A stretch of DNA of 64,000 nucleotides from an uncultured bacterium. GTDB taxonomy: Bacteria > UBA8481. This document shows, one piece after another, positions 55,542 to 64,000 of the stretch (within the stretch, counting starts at the first letter, position 1; each line of letters opens with the position of its first letter). The notes beneath the pieces were generated by a model, which worked only from the letters and a program-made list of their open reading frames with translations, searched no databases and had not been told where the DNA came from. Where the stretch lies: the NCBI GenBank assembly GCA_964499705.1, contig CAZCME010000006.1, positions 124,001 through 188,000 of the forward strand. Reading direction: 5' to 3'. The position numbers were made by a program, and so were the translations under genes.

Positions 55542-57591
55542 ACCGGTTCAATCCGTTGCTGAAATCATAGGAGACGTAATCGATCGCGGACCGCGCCGGT
55601 GCGGAAGCCTCGTCGATCCTCCCGACACCCGGCTCGTCCTCGCTTTCGGCCGGTTCCTGCTGCGGCGTCCCCGCAAGAGAACCGGCAGCGCCAAGCGCGA
55701 CGGGATCAAAGGCAGTCCCCGGGTAGTTCAGCGTGATGTCGAACGATTCGGGCGTGGCCCGTATCTCAGTGTCGAGCGTATAAGTGGTGTCCTGGGCGGC
55801 GAGACTGAGGAGGATACCCGAGACCGCGTTCGCCAGGACAGCTTCGGTTTCCAGCACCCTTTCCGCGGGAAAGCTCCATCCGCTCAGCACGCCCATGATC
55901 CAGGCCGAGACATAACTCAGGCGGTCCGGATTGGCCGAGAAGACCTGCCGGGCGATCAGGGCCTGGCGTTCCGCGTCAAAGGAGGGGACCGAGCGCGTCG
56001 CGACGAGTGGAGAGTCCGGATTAAGGGATGAGCTTTTTCTCCGGCGGAACAACTGATACGGAAAGGGAATTCCTTCCTGGTCGAACTTGAAGACAAACGA
56101 CGGAGGAATGTTCGTCGTCTTGAATTCCCCGATGATTCGTCCCGTTTCGTCACGACCGAAGGGTTCGAACCAGAACAACTGCCGCAGGACGATCTCACCC
56201 TCCCGGAATCCCTCCACCTCCGTGATCTCGGAAATTCTCCGGCTGCCGTCGGCGAAGCGCTTCAGATGCACGATGAGATTGACGGCGGAGGCGATCTGGC
56301 GCCGGATGGCGACGGCGGGAATCTCCACGCCTGCCATGAGGCACATGGTTTCCATGCGCTGCAGGAGTTCGCGGGCGGAGTTGGCGTGCGCCGTGGACAT
56401 GGAGCCGTCGTGGCCCGTGTTCATGGCCTGGAGCATGTCGAGCGTTTCGCCGCCGCGACACTCGCCGATGATGATCCGGTCGGGACGCATCCGAAGGGAA
56501 CACTTCACGAGATCTCTTATGCTGATCCCGGTCGACGCGCTCGACGACGTCGCCGTCCTCGTTTCCAGCCGGACGACATGCGGGTAATTTTCCTTCACCT
56601 TCAGCTCCGCCGCATCCTCGATCGTCACGATTCTCTGCGCGGGCTGAATGAGAGACGAGAGGAGATTCAGGAGCGTCGTCTTGCCCGTGCTGGTTCCTCC
56701 CGCGACCACGATGTTGAGCCGGGCACGGACGCAATCGCGCAAAAAATCCGCCATGACGCGCGTCATCGCTCCGGAGGTGATCATATCCTCCACATGCAGG
56801 GATTCCTTCTTGAACTTGCGAATCGTGACGGAAGCGCCGTCCAGGGAGACCGGCGGGATGATGACATGGACGCGCGAGCCGTCGGGCAGCCGGGCGTCCA
56901 CATACGGGTGTGCCAGGTCGATCTGGCGCCCCATCCGGTTGGCGATGCGGCAGACGATCTGCATGAGATGATCCGCGTCGTAGAAGCGGATATTGGAACG
57001 TTCCAGGTGCCCGGCTCTCTCCACGAAGATCTGCCGGGGTCCGTTGACCATCACTTCGCTCACCGCCGGATCGCTCAACAGGGATGTGATCGGCCCGAAG
57101 TCAAGAATCTCATCCATCATCCAGTGCACGAGGTCGGCGCGCCGGGCGCTCGTCATGGTGGCCGATTCGCTCTCGAGCTTTTTCATGAGCAGGGATTCGA
57201 GCTGAGTCTTGACAAACTCGCGAGCCTCGGCCTCGCTCATCCGCGAAATGCTTTCCGCCTCATGGCAATGCGAAAACGTCTTGATGATCTGCATGCCGAG
57301 ATCATGAAAGGACTGTTCCTTGGAATCCGGCGGAGCTTCGTCGGAGTCGATCGCTTCCTGCAAAAGAATTTCCGCGGGCGCGACTTCCGCGTCCGCCTTC
57401 ACGGGATTCGCGTCATCGACTTTCTCCACGGATGAAGGCGCGCGATCCAACAAATTTCGCTCGACCGTAATCGGCTCGACCGGCACAGCCGGAATTTTCT
57501 CGCGCGTCAGAGGCACGCTATGGACAAAAAGTGTCCGAGGAATATTACGGGGTGCCGGCCGGCCCCCCTGCCCCGCTTCGACGATATTCAA
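55504..57591 (-). CDS. cpaF: CpaF/TadA family secretion ATPase with N-terminal extension and a C-terminal RsbW-like domain
   Basis: FGPITSLLSDPAVSEVMVNG, VDARLPDGSRV, GGTSTGKTTLLN, IEDAAEL, LRMRPDRIIIGECRGGE, AMNTGHDGS. TTG start with GGGAG SD. Confidence 0.9.
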   Translation of the reverse strand: MNIVEAGQGGRPAPRNIPRTLFVHSVPLTREKIPAVPVEPITVERNLLDRAPSSVEKVDDANPVKADAEVAPAEILLQEAIDSDEAPPDSKEQSFHDLGMQIIKTFSHCHEAESISRMSEAEAREFVKTQLESLLMKKLESESATMTSARRADLVHWMMDEILDFGPITSLLSDPAVSEVMVNGPRQIFVERAGHLERSNIRFYDADHLMQIVCRIANRMGRQIDLAHPYVDARLPDGSRVHVIIPPVSLDGASVTIRKFKKESLHVEDMITSGAMTRVMADFLRDCVRARLNIVVAGGTSTGKTTLLNLLSSLIQPAQRIVTIEDAAELKVKENYPHVVRLETRTATSSSASTGISIRDLVKCSLRMRPDRIIIGECRGGETLDMLQAMNTGHDGSMSTAHANSARELLQRMETMCLMAGVEIPAVAIRRQIASAVNLIVHLKRFADGSRRISEITEVEGFREGEIVLRQLFWFEPFGRDETGRIIGEFKTTNIPPSFVFKFDQEGIPFPYQLFRRRKSSSLNPDSPLVATRSVPSFDAERQALIARQVFSANPDRLSYVSAWIMGVLSGWSFPAERVLETEAVLANAVSGILLSLAAQDTTYTLDTEIRATPESFDITLNYPGTAFDPVALGAAGSLAGTPQQEPAESEDEPGVGRIDEASAPARSAIDYVSYDFSNGLNRFTMKFLREESPG

Positions 57592-57703
57592 TGTGGTTCT
57601 CCCTCACCATTAATCATGGTGAAGATGAGCGCGATAAGCCGTGATATGCGATACAGAACGGTCGGATCGATGGGAACCGAAGTATGACGGAGCGATTCAG
57701 CAA

Positions 57704-57918
57704 AACCCGTTGGAGGCGAGGGGACTTGACCTTCGTCTCGGCGCATCCGGCGCCGCTCCTCAGGCAGGGGCGCTCTCTTCGCCCTCCCTCATCGGTCGGG
57801 CTCCCGCATCCTGCGGGAGCGCCCGTTCAAGTCCCCGCATCGTTCTCGGACGCGGGGAACCAAATCGAGGATCATGATATTCCAAAGTCATCAACCCGTT
57901 GGAGGCGAGGGGACTTGA
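57704..57918. mobile_element. 189-bp tRNA-anchored mini-element bounded by 26-bp direct repeats of the tRNA-Ala 3' end
   Basis: AACCCGTTGGAGGCGAGGGGACTTGA at 57704-57729 and 57893-57918. Internal inverted copy TTCAAGTCCCC near 57826 and GC-rich hairpins. Confidence 0.65.
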
Positions 57919-57972
57919 ACCCCTGACCCCCACAATGCCATTGTGGTGCTCTTCCAGCTGAGCTACGCCCCC
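57900..57972 (-). tRNA. tRNA-Ala(GGC)
   Basis: GGGGGCGTAGCTCAGCTGGAAGAGCACCACAATGGCATTGTGGGGGTCAGGGGTTCAAGTCCCCTCGCCTCCA. G3:U70 pair, anticodon GGC, CCA not encoded. Confidence 0.97.
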
Positions 57973-58078
57973 GGGTTGTTGCGGGTGAAAATCATAGTTC
58001 CGCGATGACGCCAAAGCAAGGCGAATTCAGGTGAACGCCACATTGCATTCCCCTCGGACAAGCTCCTATAATCCGCTC

Positions 58079-59161
58079 ATGTCCGATAAAGTGGAATCGT
58101 CCCCGGGCCCGCAGGGTCTCCCGCCGGAAAAACTCGAGATCATCAGGGAACTCAATACCGCATTCTCGGGCGACCGCGAGCTCATCAAGAATTATCTCCA
58201 GAAATTCGGCTTTTCCAAGGTCGTCGCGCCCAATATCAGGATCATCCGGAGAGAAGCTCAGGAACGAAACGAGCTTTTCGAGAAGGTGAAGAACGGGAGC
58301 ATTTCCGTCGCGGCCCGTCCTGCCGCCGAGGAACGAGCGGCGAAACGACCGGCTAAAAAGGAGGAGGGCGATCATGCGGAACGGAGCCCTTACTACCAGT
58401 CGGATGTGTCCTGCGCGTTCTGTGACACGCATTTTTCCGCCGCCATATTCCGATCCAAATCGCTCATCCTCGATTTTCTGTACAAGGATCCGCAGTATCC
58501 CCTGATGGTCCCCAGCGCCAAAGGGACCGTGAAGGGCTACAAGCTGGAGGATCCGCTCCTGCGGAACATCATCGTCTGCCCGGGCTGCCTGTATGCGAGC
58601 TCCATCATGGGCAATTTCGTGCACGACGCGGGCGCCGGGCCGAAGACCATGAAGAGCCGTGTGCCCGACCGGAAATTCGCGGCGCTGAAGGAAGCGATGA
58701 TGAACGGCGTCGAGGACCGGCGGAAAGCGATCTCGGCGGAATTCGCCGCGGCCGACGCCTGGGGCGAAACGCGGGGGGTGGAACAGGCGATCGCCTCATT
58801 CCTCCTGGCGGCCCAGAGCGCCCGGGTTATGGCCGAATTCGACGCGCTGGGGCATTACCAGGCCGGCGAGGCGCTCCTCTGCGCGGCGCGGCTGTACTCC
58901 GAGTTGGACCGGTCCGACGAGGAATTCGACATGTTCCGGCAGGTGATTCCGATCTTCGAAAAGTTCTACCAGATCGGCTCCGTTTCGGCGACGCCGCTGT
59001 ACCTCATCAGCGTCCTCAGCTACCACCTCGGCGATTACGACACGACACGGACCTGGCTCGGCCGCATGATCAGCATGCGGCATAAACTGGAGGGCTTCAG
59101 CAAGTACAAGCGCTACGGCGAAAATCTGAAGGACAAGATCAAGGACCACGGCGAAGGCTGA
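58079..59161 (+). CDS. DUF2225-like protein (two CxxC pairs plus TPR-like helices)
   Basis: VSCAFCDTHF, IIVCPGCLYAS, helical C-terminus. Start supported by TTGCAT-N18-TATAAT-N6-ATG. Confidence 0.75.
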   Translation: MSDKVESSPGPQGLPPEKLEIIRELNTAFSGDRELIKNYLQKFGFSKVVAPNIRIIRREAQERNELFEKVKNGSISVAARPAAEERAAKRPAKKEEGDHAERSPYYQSDVSCAFCDTHFSAAIFRSKSLILDFLYKDPQYPLMVPSAKGTVKGYKLEDPLLRNIIVCPGCLYASSIMGNFVHDAGAGPKTMKSRVPDRKFAALKEAMMNGVEDRRKAISAEFAAADAWGETRGVEQAIASFLLAAQSARVMAEFDALGHYQAGEALLCAARLYSELDRSDEEFDMFRQVIPIFEKFYQIGSVSATPLYLISVLSYHLGDYDTTRTWLGRMISMRHKLEGFSKYKRYGENLKDKIKDHGEG

Positions 59162-60419
59162 GCAGGGCTTCCGCCGCGTTCTTTCCGCTCCGCGCGGCGC
59201 CTTCCATCGTGGATGGCCAGCCCGTATCCGTCCACTCCCCCGCCAGGAAGATCCTCTCCCGATCCGTCACGGCCTTCGGCCGTTCCAGCCCGATCGAGGG
59301 CAGGAACGTCGCCTGCGGCATCTTCGTCACTGTATGATTCAGTAATCCGCATTCCCTCGCGCGGGGAAAAATGTCCTCCAGATCTTCGATCGTTTCCTCG
59401 AAGATACGCTTGGGTGGATGCGCGATCGAGGCGGTGGCGGCGGAGCGGACCGCCGTGATCGATTGCGAGCCGTCCGGGTGAGGTCGGGCGTAGAACCAAT
59501 GCGTCGGCTTTCCGATCACGCAGATATTCTCCACATCCATGGCGGGCGCGTCGTATTTCAGGCGCACTCCCACGATCGGTTCCGCGATGAATTCCCCCGG
59601 AACTTCGATACCTTCCGGCAGGCTCCACGGAGGACACGAGGAGATCACGGCCGCATGGTCATGTTTTCGGCCCGCGACTGTGACGCTCCAGCCATCCCCG
59701 GACACCGCCGATACCGGAGAACGGAACTTCACTTCGATCCCGGAAAACCGGCCGGAGACGGGCGCGATCATCGCAGAGAGCGGCAGCGTCGGAACGCCGA
59801 GGGCGAAGTTACCGGCGTCCTCCAGGAGCGCTTCCTTAATGAAGAACCACGCCTCCGAGGCCGCGATCCTTTCGAGCGCCGCATTGATCGCGCTCACGAT
59901 GAGCGGCTCCCAGATCCGATGGAGCGCCTTCCCCCGCTGCCCTTCCTCCTCCATCCACCGCGCGGCGGATATGAGTTTCAGGCGCGGTGGCATGATCGAG
60001 GAGAGGGCGATGCCGGCCACGAAGCGCGCCGTGCCGTACAGCTCTTCCGGCGGAACCAGGCTTCCGCCGACAAGCGACGGAGCGAGATGAAGCGGAGCGG
60101 GAAGAGAATCGGCGGCGGAGATCGTGTGCCGGTTTCCCCATTCATCCACGAAGAGGATCTTCTTCTGCCACCGGACGTGTTCGAGCGTTCCCAGCTTCCG
60201 GTACAATTCGATGAGCTCCGTGCAGCACCCCATGAGGATGTGCTGCCCGCAATCGATCTCCTCCCCGGACTTATTATCCACGAATGAGGAGGCCCGTCCG
60301 CCCATGCGGGCGCTCTTTTCATAGATCGTGGACGTGACGCCCGCATCCGCAAGCCGTACGGCCGCCGCGACTCCGGCTATGCCTCCGCCGATGATGGCGA
60401 CGCTTTCCGATCCGCTCAC
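59139..60419 (-). CDS. hpnE: Hydroxysqualene dehydroxylase HpnE-like FAD oxidoreductase
   Basis: IIGGGIAGVAAA, GGRASSF, IDCGQHILMGC, LPAPLHL, FLAGEWTDTGWPSTMEGAARSG. Confidence 0.85.
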   Translation of the reverse strand: MSGSESVAIIGGGIAGVAAAVRLADAGVTSTIYEKSARMGGRASSFVDNKSGEEIDCGQHILMGCCTELIELYRKLGTLEHVRWQKKILFVDEWGNRHTISAADSLPAPLHLAPSLVGGSLVPPEELYGTARFVAGIALSSIMPPRLKLISAARWMEEEGQRGKALHRIWEPLIVSAINAALERIAASEAWFFIKEALLEDAGNFALGVPTLPLSAMIAPVSGRFSGIEVKFRSPVSAVSGDGWSVTVAGRKHDHAAVISSCPPWSLPEGIEVPGEFIAEPIVGVRLKYDAPAMDVENICVIGKPTHWFYARPHPDGSQSITAVRSAATASIAHPPKRIFEETIEDLEDIFPRARECGLLNHTVTKMPQATFLPSIGLERPKAVTDRERIFLAGEWTDTGWPSTMEGAARSGKNAAEALLSLRRGP

Positions 60420-61303
60420 AAGCCCACCGACGTCGCGAGGACGATCATGATTTTCCGCGGAGTCGAAACGCGGGGACGGCGGGACCAGACATCGAAGTCC
60501 TGCTTCCGCACTTCATCCAGGATCGCCCCGTAGATCCTGCTCATCGCGCGCATCGTCTTTCTCTGACCGGGCTCCAGGAATTCATACAACCCTTCCGATT
60601 TCGCATAGAAGCCCGCGGCACGATCCGCGTAATCCTTCAGGAGTGCCTTCGTCTCCGGCGTCGCGCGGCCGGCCGCCAGCATGGACTCCGTGACGCCGTG
60701 TCGAACCAGATCCTCCTCCGCCATGTAGATGCGATCGCGCCGAAGATCCTCCGCCACATCGCGGATGATATTCGTCAGCTGGAACGCATACCCGAGACTG
60801 GTCATCGAGTCCTTCGCGCCCGCGGTCCGGACTCCGAAGATCGCCAGCATGAGATATCCCACCGTGACAGCCACCTTCCGGCAATACCGGAGCGTGTCGT
60901 CCGAGGACCGGTATCGCCGGATCGAGAGATCGTCCTCGCATCCTTCCACCAGGAGATACATCTCGTCGTGGGGCATGCGGCTGCGCGTGGCGGCGGCGGC
61001 CATGGCGCGGAGAATGGGGAGATGCGACCGGCCGGACTCCAGCGCGGATCGCAGATCGTCCTTCCATTCCAGAAGGATCCGGCGACGCTCCGGAATCGCG
61101 CGGCTCTCCTCATCGACGATATCGTCCGTCATGCGCGCGAAGGCATACAGCGCGGAGAGGTCCTGCCGCTGGGGCAGGCTCAGGAACCGGAATCCCCAGT
61201 GAAAATTCCTTCCCTCGCGGCGCGCCACATCTTCGCACATCCGGAAATCGCTTTCCGAAACCGGGCAGGCCCCGCCCTTATCCGATGGAATATCCGCGCT
61301 CAT
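60416..61303 (-). CDS. hpnD: Squalene/phytoene synthase family (HpnD-like)
   Basis: NFHWGFRFL, LYAFARMTDDIVD, YCRKVAVTVG, FQLTNIIRDVAED..RDRIY. Confidence 0.8.
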   Translation of the reverse strand: MSADIPSDKGGACPVSESDFRMCEDVARREGRNFHWGFRFLSLPQRQDLSALYAFARMTDDIVDEESRAIPERRRILLEWKDDLRSALESGRSHLPILRAMAAAATRSRMPHDEMYLLVEGCEDDLSIRRYRSSDDTLRYCRKVAVTVGYLMLAIFGVRTAGAKDSMTSLGYAFQLTNIIRDVAEDLRRDRIYMAEEDLVRHGVTESMLAAGRATPETKALLKDYADRAAGFYAKSEGLYEFLEPGQRKTMRAMSRIYGAILDEVRKQDFDVWSRRPRVSTPRKIMIVLATSVGL

Positions 61304-61358
61304 CTTGATTTCCAAGGCATCATATCTTAGAGTGAGTTGATCGCAATAAGAGGAGCCG

Positions 61359-61727
61359 ATGCCCGCGCGCATATTGATCGTCGACGACGAACTGAACATC
61401 AGACGCCTTTACGAGGAGGAATTCCGCGACGAGGGGTACGACGTCGAGACGGTCGCCAGCGGCGAAGAGGCGCTGGCGAGCATCAGGGCACGGCGGCCCG
61501 ACCTCGTCACGCTCGATATCAAGATGACCGGCATGGACGGCCTGGAGGTGCTGGCGAAGATCCGCGAAGTCGATCTCGAGCTGCCGATCATCCTCTGCAC
61601 CGCTTACGGGTCCTACAGGCAGGATTTCGGCACATGGGGTTCGGATCATCTCGTCACCAAATCCGCCGACCTCGAGGAATTGAAACGCGAAGTCCGTCGC
61701 CTCCTGAAGATGCAGAATAAGCTCTGA
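61359..61727 (+). CDS. Single-domain response regulator
   Basis: ILIVDDE, PDLVTLDIKM, ILCTAY, VTKS; AGGAG SD. Confidence 0.93.
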   Translation: MPARILIVDDELNIRRLYEEEFRDEGYDVETVASGEEALASIRARRPDLVTLDIKMTGMDGLEVLAKIREVDLELPIILCTAYGSYRQDFGTWGSDHLVTKSADLEELKREVRRLLKMQNKL

Positions 61728-61736
61728 CGCTCCGCA

Positions 61737-62762
61737 TTGTCGATTCTCAGGCGTGATCCCGTCACGGGCCGGTGGACCATTCTTTCACCGGATCGCTCGC
61801 TCGTTCCCCCGCACCGTGACGCCCCCCCGCATCCGCAGGACCAGAAGGCGCTGCGATTCTGCCCCTTCTGCCCCGGGCATGAGGAAAGCACTCCCCCGGC
61901 CATCCTGACGCGCACGAATCCCGGCCCGGCGGGCGCCCCATCGCGCGGCTGGGCGCTGCGGGTCGTTCCGAACCGCTTCCCCGTGCTCGATCCGACAGCC
62001 CGGCCCGATCCCTCGACGGTCGGAATCTACGACAAGCTCGGGGGATTCGGCATCCACGAAGTCATCATCGAGTCGCCTGATCACTCCGCGGATTTTCCAT
62101 CCTACCCGGTCGCGCAGGCCGAGCATGTTCTCGCGGCGTGGCATGATCGCCTGATCGCCCTGGCCCGTGACACGCGAATCCGCTCCATCATGCTCTTCCG
62201 GAACCACGGCCCTGAAGCCGGCGCCTCGCTGGAACATCCGCACAGCCAGATCATCGCCCTTCCGATCGTCCCCAAGCTACTGATGCAGGAAATATCCTGC
62301 TCGCTTCAATATTCGCAATGGAAGGAACGCTGCGTCTTCTGCGACATGATCCACGAGGAGGAGATGCAGGGTATCCGGACCGTGGCCGATACGACTCACT
62401 TCACGGCTTTCACGCCGTATGCGTCGCGATTTCCTTATGAAATGTGGATCATGCCCAAAAAGCACCAGGCTCATTTTCACGCGGCCGTGGACGCGGAGAT
62501 CAAGGATCTCGCGCACCTCCTGCGAGATCTCCTCATCAGGCTCACGATGGTTCTCGACCGTCCTTCCTACAACATCATCCTGCATACATCTCCGTGCCAG
62601 GAAGGGGAGCTGAGCCATTACCACTGGCACATCGAGATCATGCCGCGGATCACCAAGATCGCCGGGTTCGAATGGGGCACGGGATTTTACCTGAATCCGG
62701 TCATGCCTGAAACCGCGGCCGCCGACCTGAACGCGGCAGGGGCCGGGACCGACCGGGAATGA
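61737..62762 (+). CDS. galT: Galactose-1-phosphate uridylyltransferase (GalT family)
   Basis: LRRDPVTGRW, CPFCPG, VVPNRFP, HEVIIES, GASLEHPHSQ, AGFEWGTG. Confidence 0.95.
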   Translation: MSILRRDPVTGRWTILSPDRSLVPPHRDAPPHPQDQKALRFCPFCPGHEESTPPAILTRTNPGPAGAPSRGWALRVVPNRFPVLDPTARPDPSTVGIYDKLGGFGIHEVIIESPDHSADFPSYPVAQAEHVLAAWHDRLIALARDTRIRSIMLFRNHGPEAGASLEHPHSQIIALPIVPKLLMQEISCSLQYSQWKERCVFCDMIHEEEMQGIRTVADTTHFTAFTPYASRFPYEMWIMPKKHQAHFHAAVDAEIKDLAHLLRDLLIRLTMVLDRPSYNIILHTSPCQEGELSHYHWHIEIMPRITKIAGFEWGTGFYLNPVMPETAAADLNAAGAGTDRE

Positions 62763-62904
62763 AGCGCCCCATTCGGCCGAGGCGTGAAAAATCCCTTAGC
62801 CATTTGATTTCACCCGTCCTAGAATCGACTTCGAAGGCTCTCAATACCCGACGGAGGAACACATGGGCGGACCAGACGTGATACGACAGGATTCGATCTC
62901 GACA

Positions 62905-63375
62905 ATGAAGAAGCCAGCACAATCGCGCGCCGCGAGCATGGCGTTCATCGCGGCTGCGTTCATCATCACCGCGTGCCAGAATCCCCTGATGGCGAAGAAC
63001 GATCCCAACATGATTCCCGAGGCGAAACACCCCGACTGGAAAGTACTGCGCATGCTCGTCGCGGAATACGAAGCGTCCCGCTCCGAAATCGAGGGACGGA
63101 GCGCGATCGTCGTCCAGTCGAAATTCCGGGATCTCCTGGGAAACCACGGCAGCGATCGGATCGGCGACGAAGCGCTCTACTATGTCGGGCGTATGTACTA
63201 CGATGTCCGGGCGTACCACGACGCGCGCGTCACATTCATGCGGCACAGGGAGAAGTTTCCCGATTCCGAATTCGCTCCGACGATCCAGTCGCTCGAACAG
63301 GAGATGCAGCGGAGCGACGCCGAGTACAAGCGCTGGCTGGACGAGAACCGCACCACTTCCACGATCAGCAAGTAA
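62905..63375 (+). CDS. Lipoprotein with TPR/BamD-CpoB-like repeats
   Basis: Lipobox ITAC; DEALYYVGRMYY...FPDSEFA. Confidence 0.75.
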   Translation: MKKPAQSRAASMAFIAAAFIITACQNPLMAKNDPNMIPEAKHPDWKVLRMLVAEYEASRSEIEGRSAIVVQSKFRDLLGNHGSDRIGDEALYYVGRMYYDVRAYHDARVTFMRHREKFPDSEFAPTIQSLEQEMQRSDAEYKRWLDENRTTSTISK

Positions 63376-63378
63376 TCC

Positions 63379-64000
63379 TTGTCCTTCCGTAAACCCTCGG
63401 TCCTCGGCCAGGCGATCCAGGAGAACCACGGCGTCTTCCTGGACCGGACCGGCGCGGAAGATTCCCCGATCACGTTCGAGGAAACGAGACGCACCGCCGC
63501 CAGGATCTGTTCCTACGTCCGGAAGCGGGGCGTGACGCGCGGCGACACGGTCGCCGTCGCCATGTCGAATTCCGCTCCGGTCGCGATCATCTGGTTCGGC
63601 CTGCTGACAGAAGGGATCTCCGTCGTTCCCCTCAATCCCGTCCTTCCGGACGAGGAGATCGCATACATCCTCCGCATGTCCGAAGCCAAACTCATTTTCG
63701 CCGACAAGCCGTTCATGCCGAAAGCGCAGCGCTGGGCGGAGGAAATCGGGTCGCGCATCGAGGCGGTCGCCGCGGACGATGAACCATGGTCGGAGTATAC
63801 CGAAGCGGAGCCGCACTACGTGGATCCCGAGGATATCGCCGTCATCTTCTTCACGTCCGGCACGACCGGCCGCCCCAAGGGCGCGATGCTCTCGCACCGC
63901 GCCCTCATCGAGAACGCGATCGGTTGCGCCAAGTCGTACGGACTCGACTCATCGGCGGCATTCGCCTGCCCCATCCCGATCTTCCACGCCTTCGCGGCGA
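63379..64000 (+). CDS. 5' part of an AMP-binding enzyme (long-chain acyl-CoA ligase-like); runs off the window end
   Basis: Manual translation: GVTRGDTVAVAMSNS, VVPLNP, VIFFTSGTTGRPKGAMLSH, PIFHAF. Confidence 0.9.
   Translation, partial: MSFRKPSVLGQAIQENHGVFLDRTGAEDSPITFEETRRTAARICSYVRKRGVTRGDTVAVAMSNSAPVAIIWFGLLTEGISVVPLNPVLPDEEIAYILRMSEAKLIFADKPFMPKAQRWAEEIGSRIEAVAADDEPWSEYTEAEPHYVDPEDIAVIFFTSGTTGRPKGAMLSHRALIENAIGCAKSYGLDSSAAFACPIPIFHAFAA

Noticed and set aside
49444-57703. Signalling/TadA block as a genomic island integrated at tRNA-Ala
   Set aside because: No integrase is present, and I saw no distal att copy. The only tRNA-end duplicate is 189 bp from the tRNA.

Overview
This is a high-GC chromosomal window from a diderm bacterium (lptC-lptA-lptB-rpoN cluster). 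The lineage cannot be assigned from sequence alone, but nothing points specifically to Bacteroidota. The left 29 kb is a cell-surface and glycan locus. It holds GT2 enzymes, a GT-C-like membrane protein, several B12-binding radical SAM enzymes, an NDP-sugar dehydratase and a nucleotidyltransferase. These surround a LamG protein with a CFI-box-CTERM-like tail, a 4458-aa secreted giant protein and a PorV/PorQ-family beta-barrel gene. The giant protein ends in a T9SS-CTD/FlgD-Ig-like domain preceded by a ZU5/Nup98-like 'HFS' putative self-cleavage domain, and it carries about 150 D-[S/T] dipeptides (hand count). This is the best candidate for an undescribed system: PorV-linked export with autoproteolytic signal removal and heavy O-glycosylation. 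The right part is mostly housekeeping: ilvD, lpt/rpoN, pntAB, thrS, glgC, rlmI, thiS, hpnD/hpnE-like genes, galT and an acyl-CoA ligase. It also has a c-di-GMP/two-component block and an orphan TadA/CpaF ATPase fused to a degenerate RsbW-like domain beside tRNA-Ala(GGC). Non-coding signals include recurrent leaderless promoters, period-7 intergenic tandem repeats, a MITE-like inverted repeat, a 189-bp tRNA-anchored mini-element and palindromic repeats translated in frame inside a gene. All family calls come from motif recognition by eye, not from database searches.
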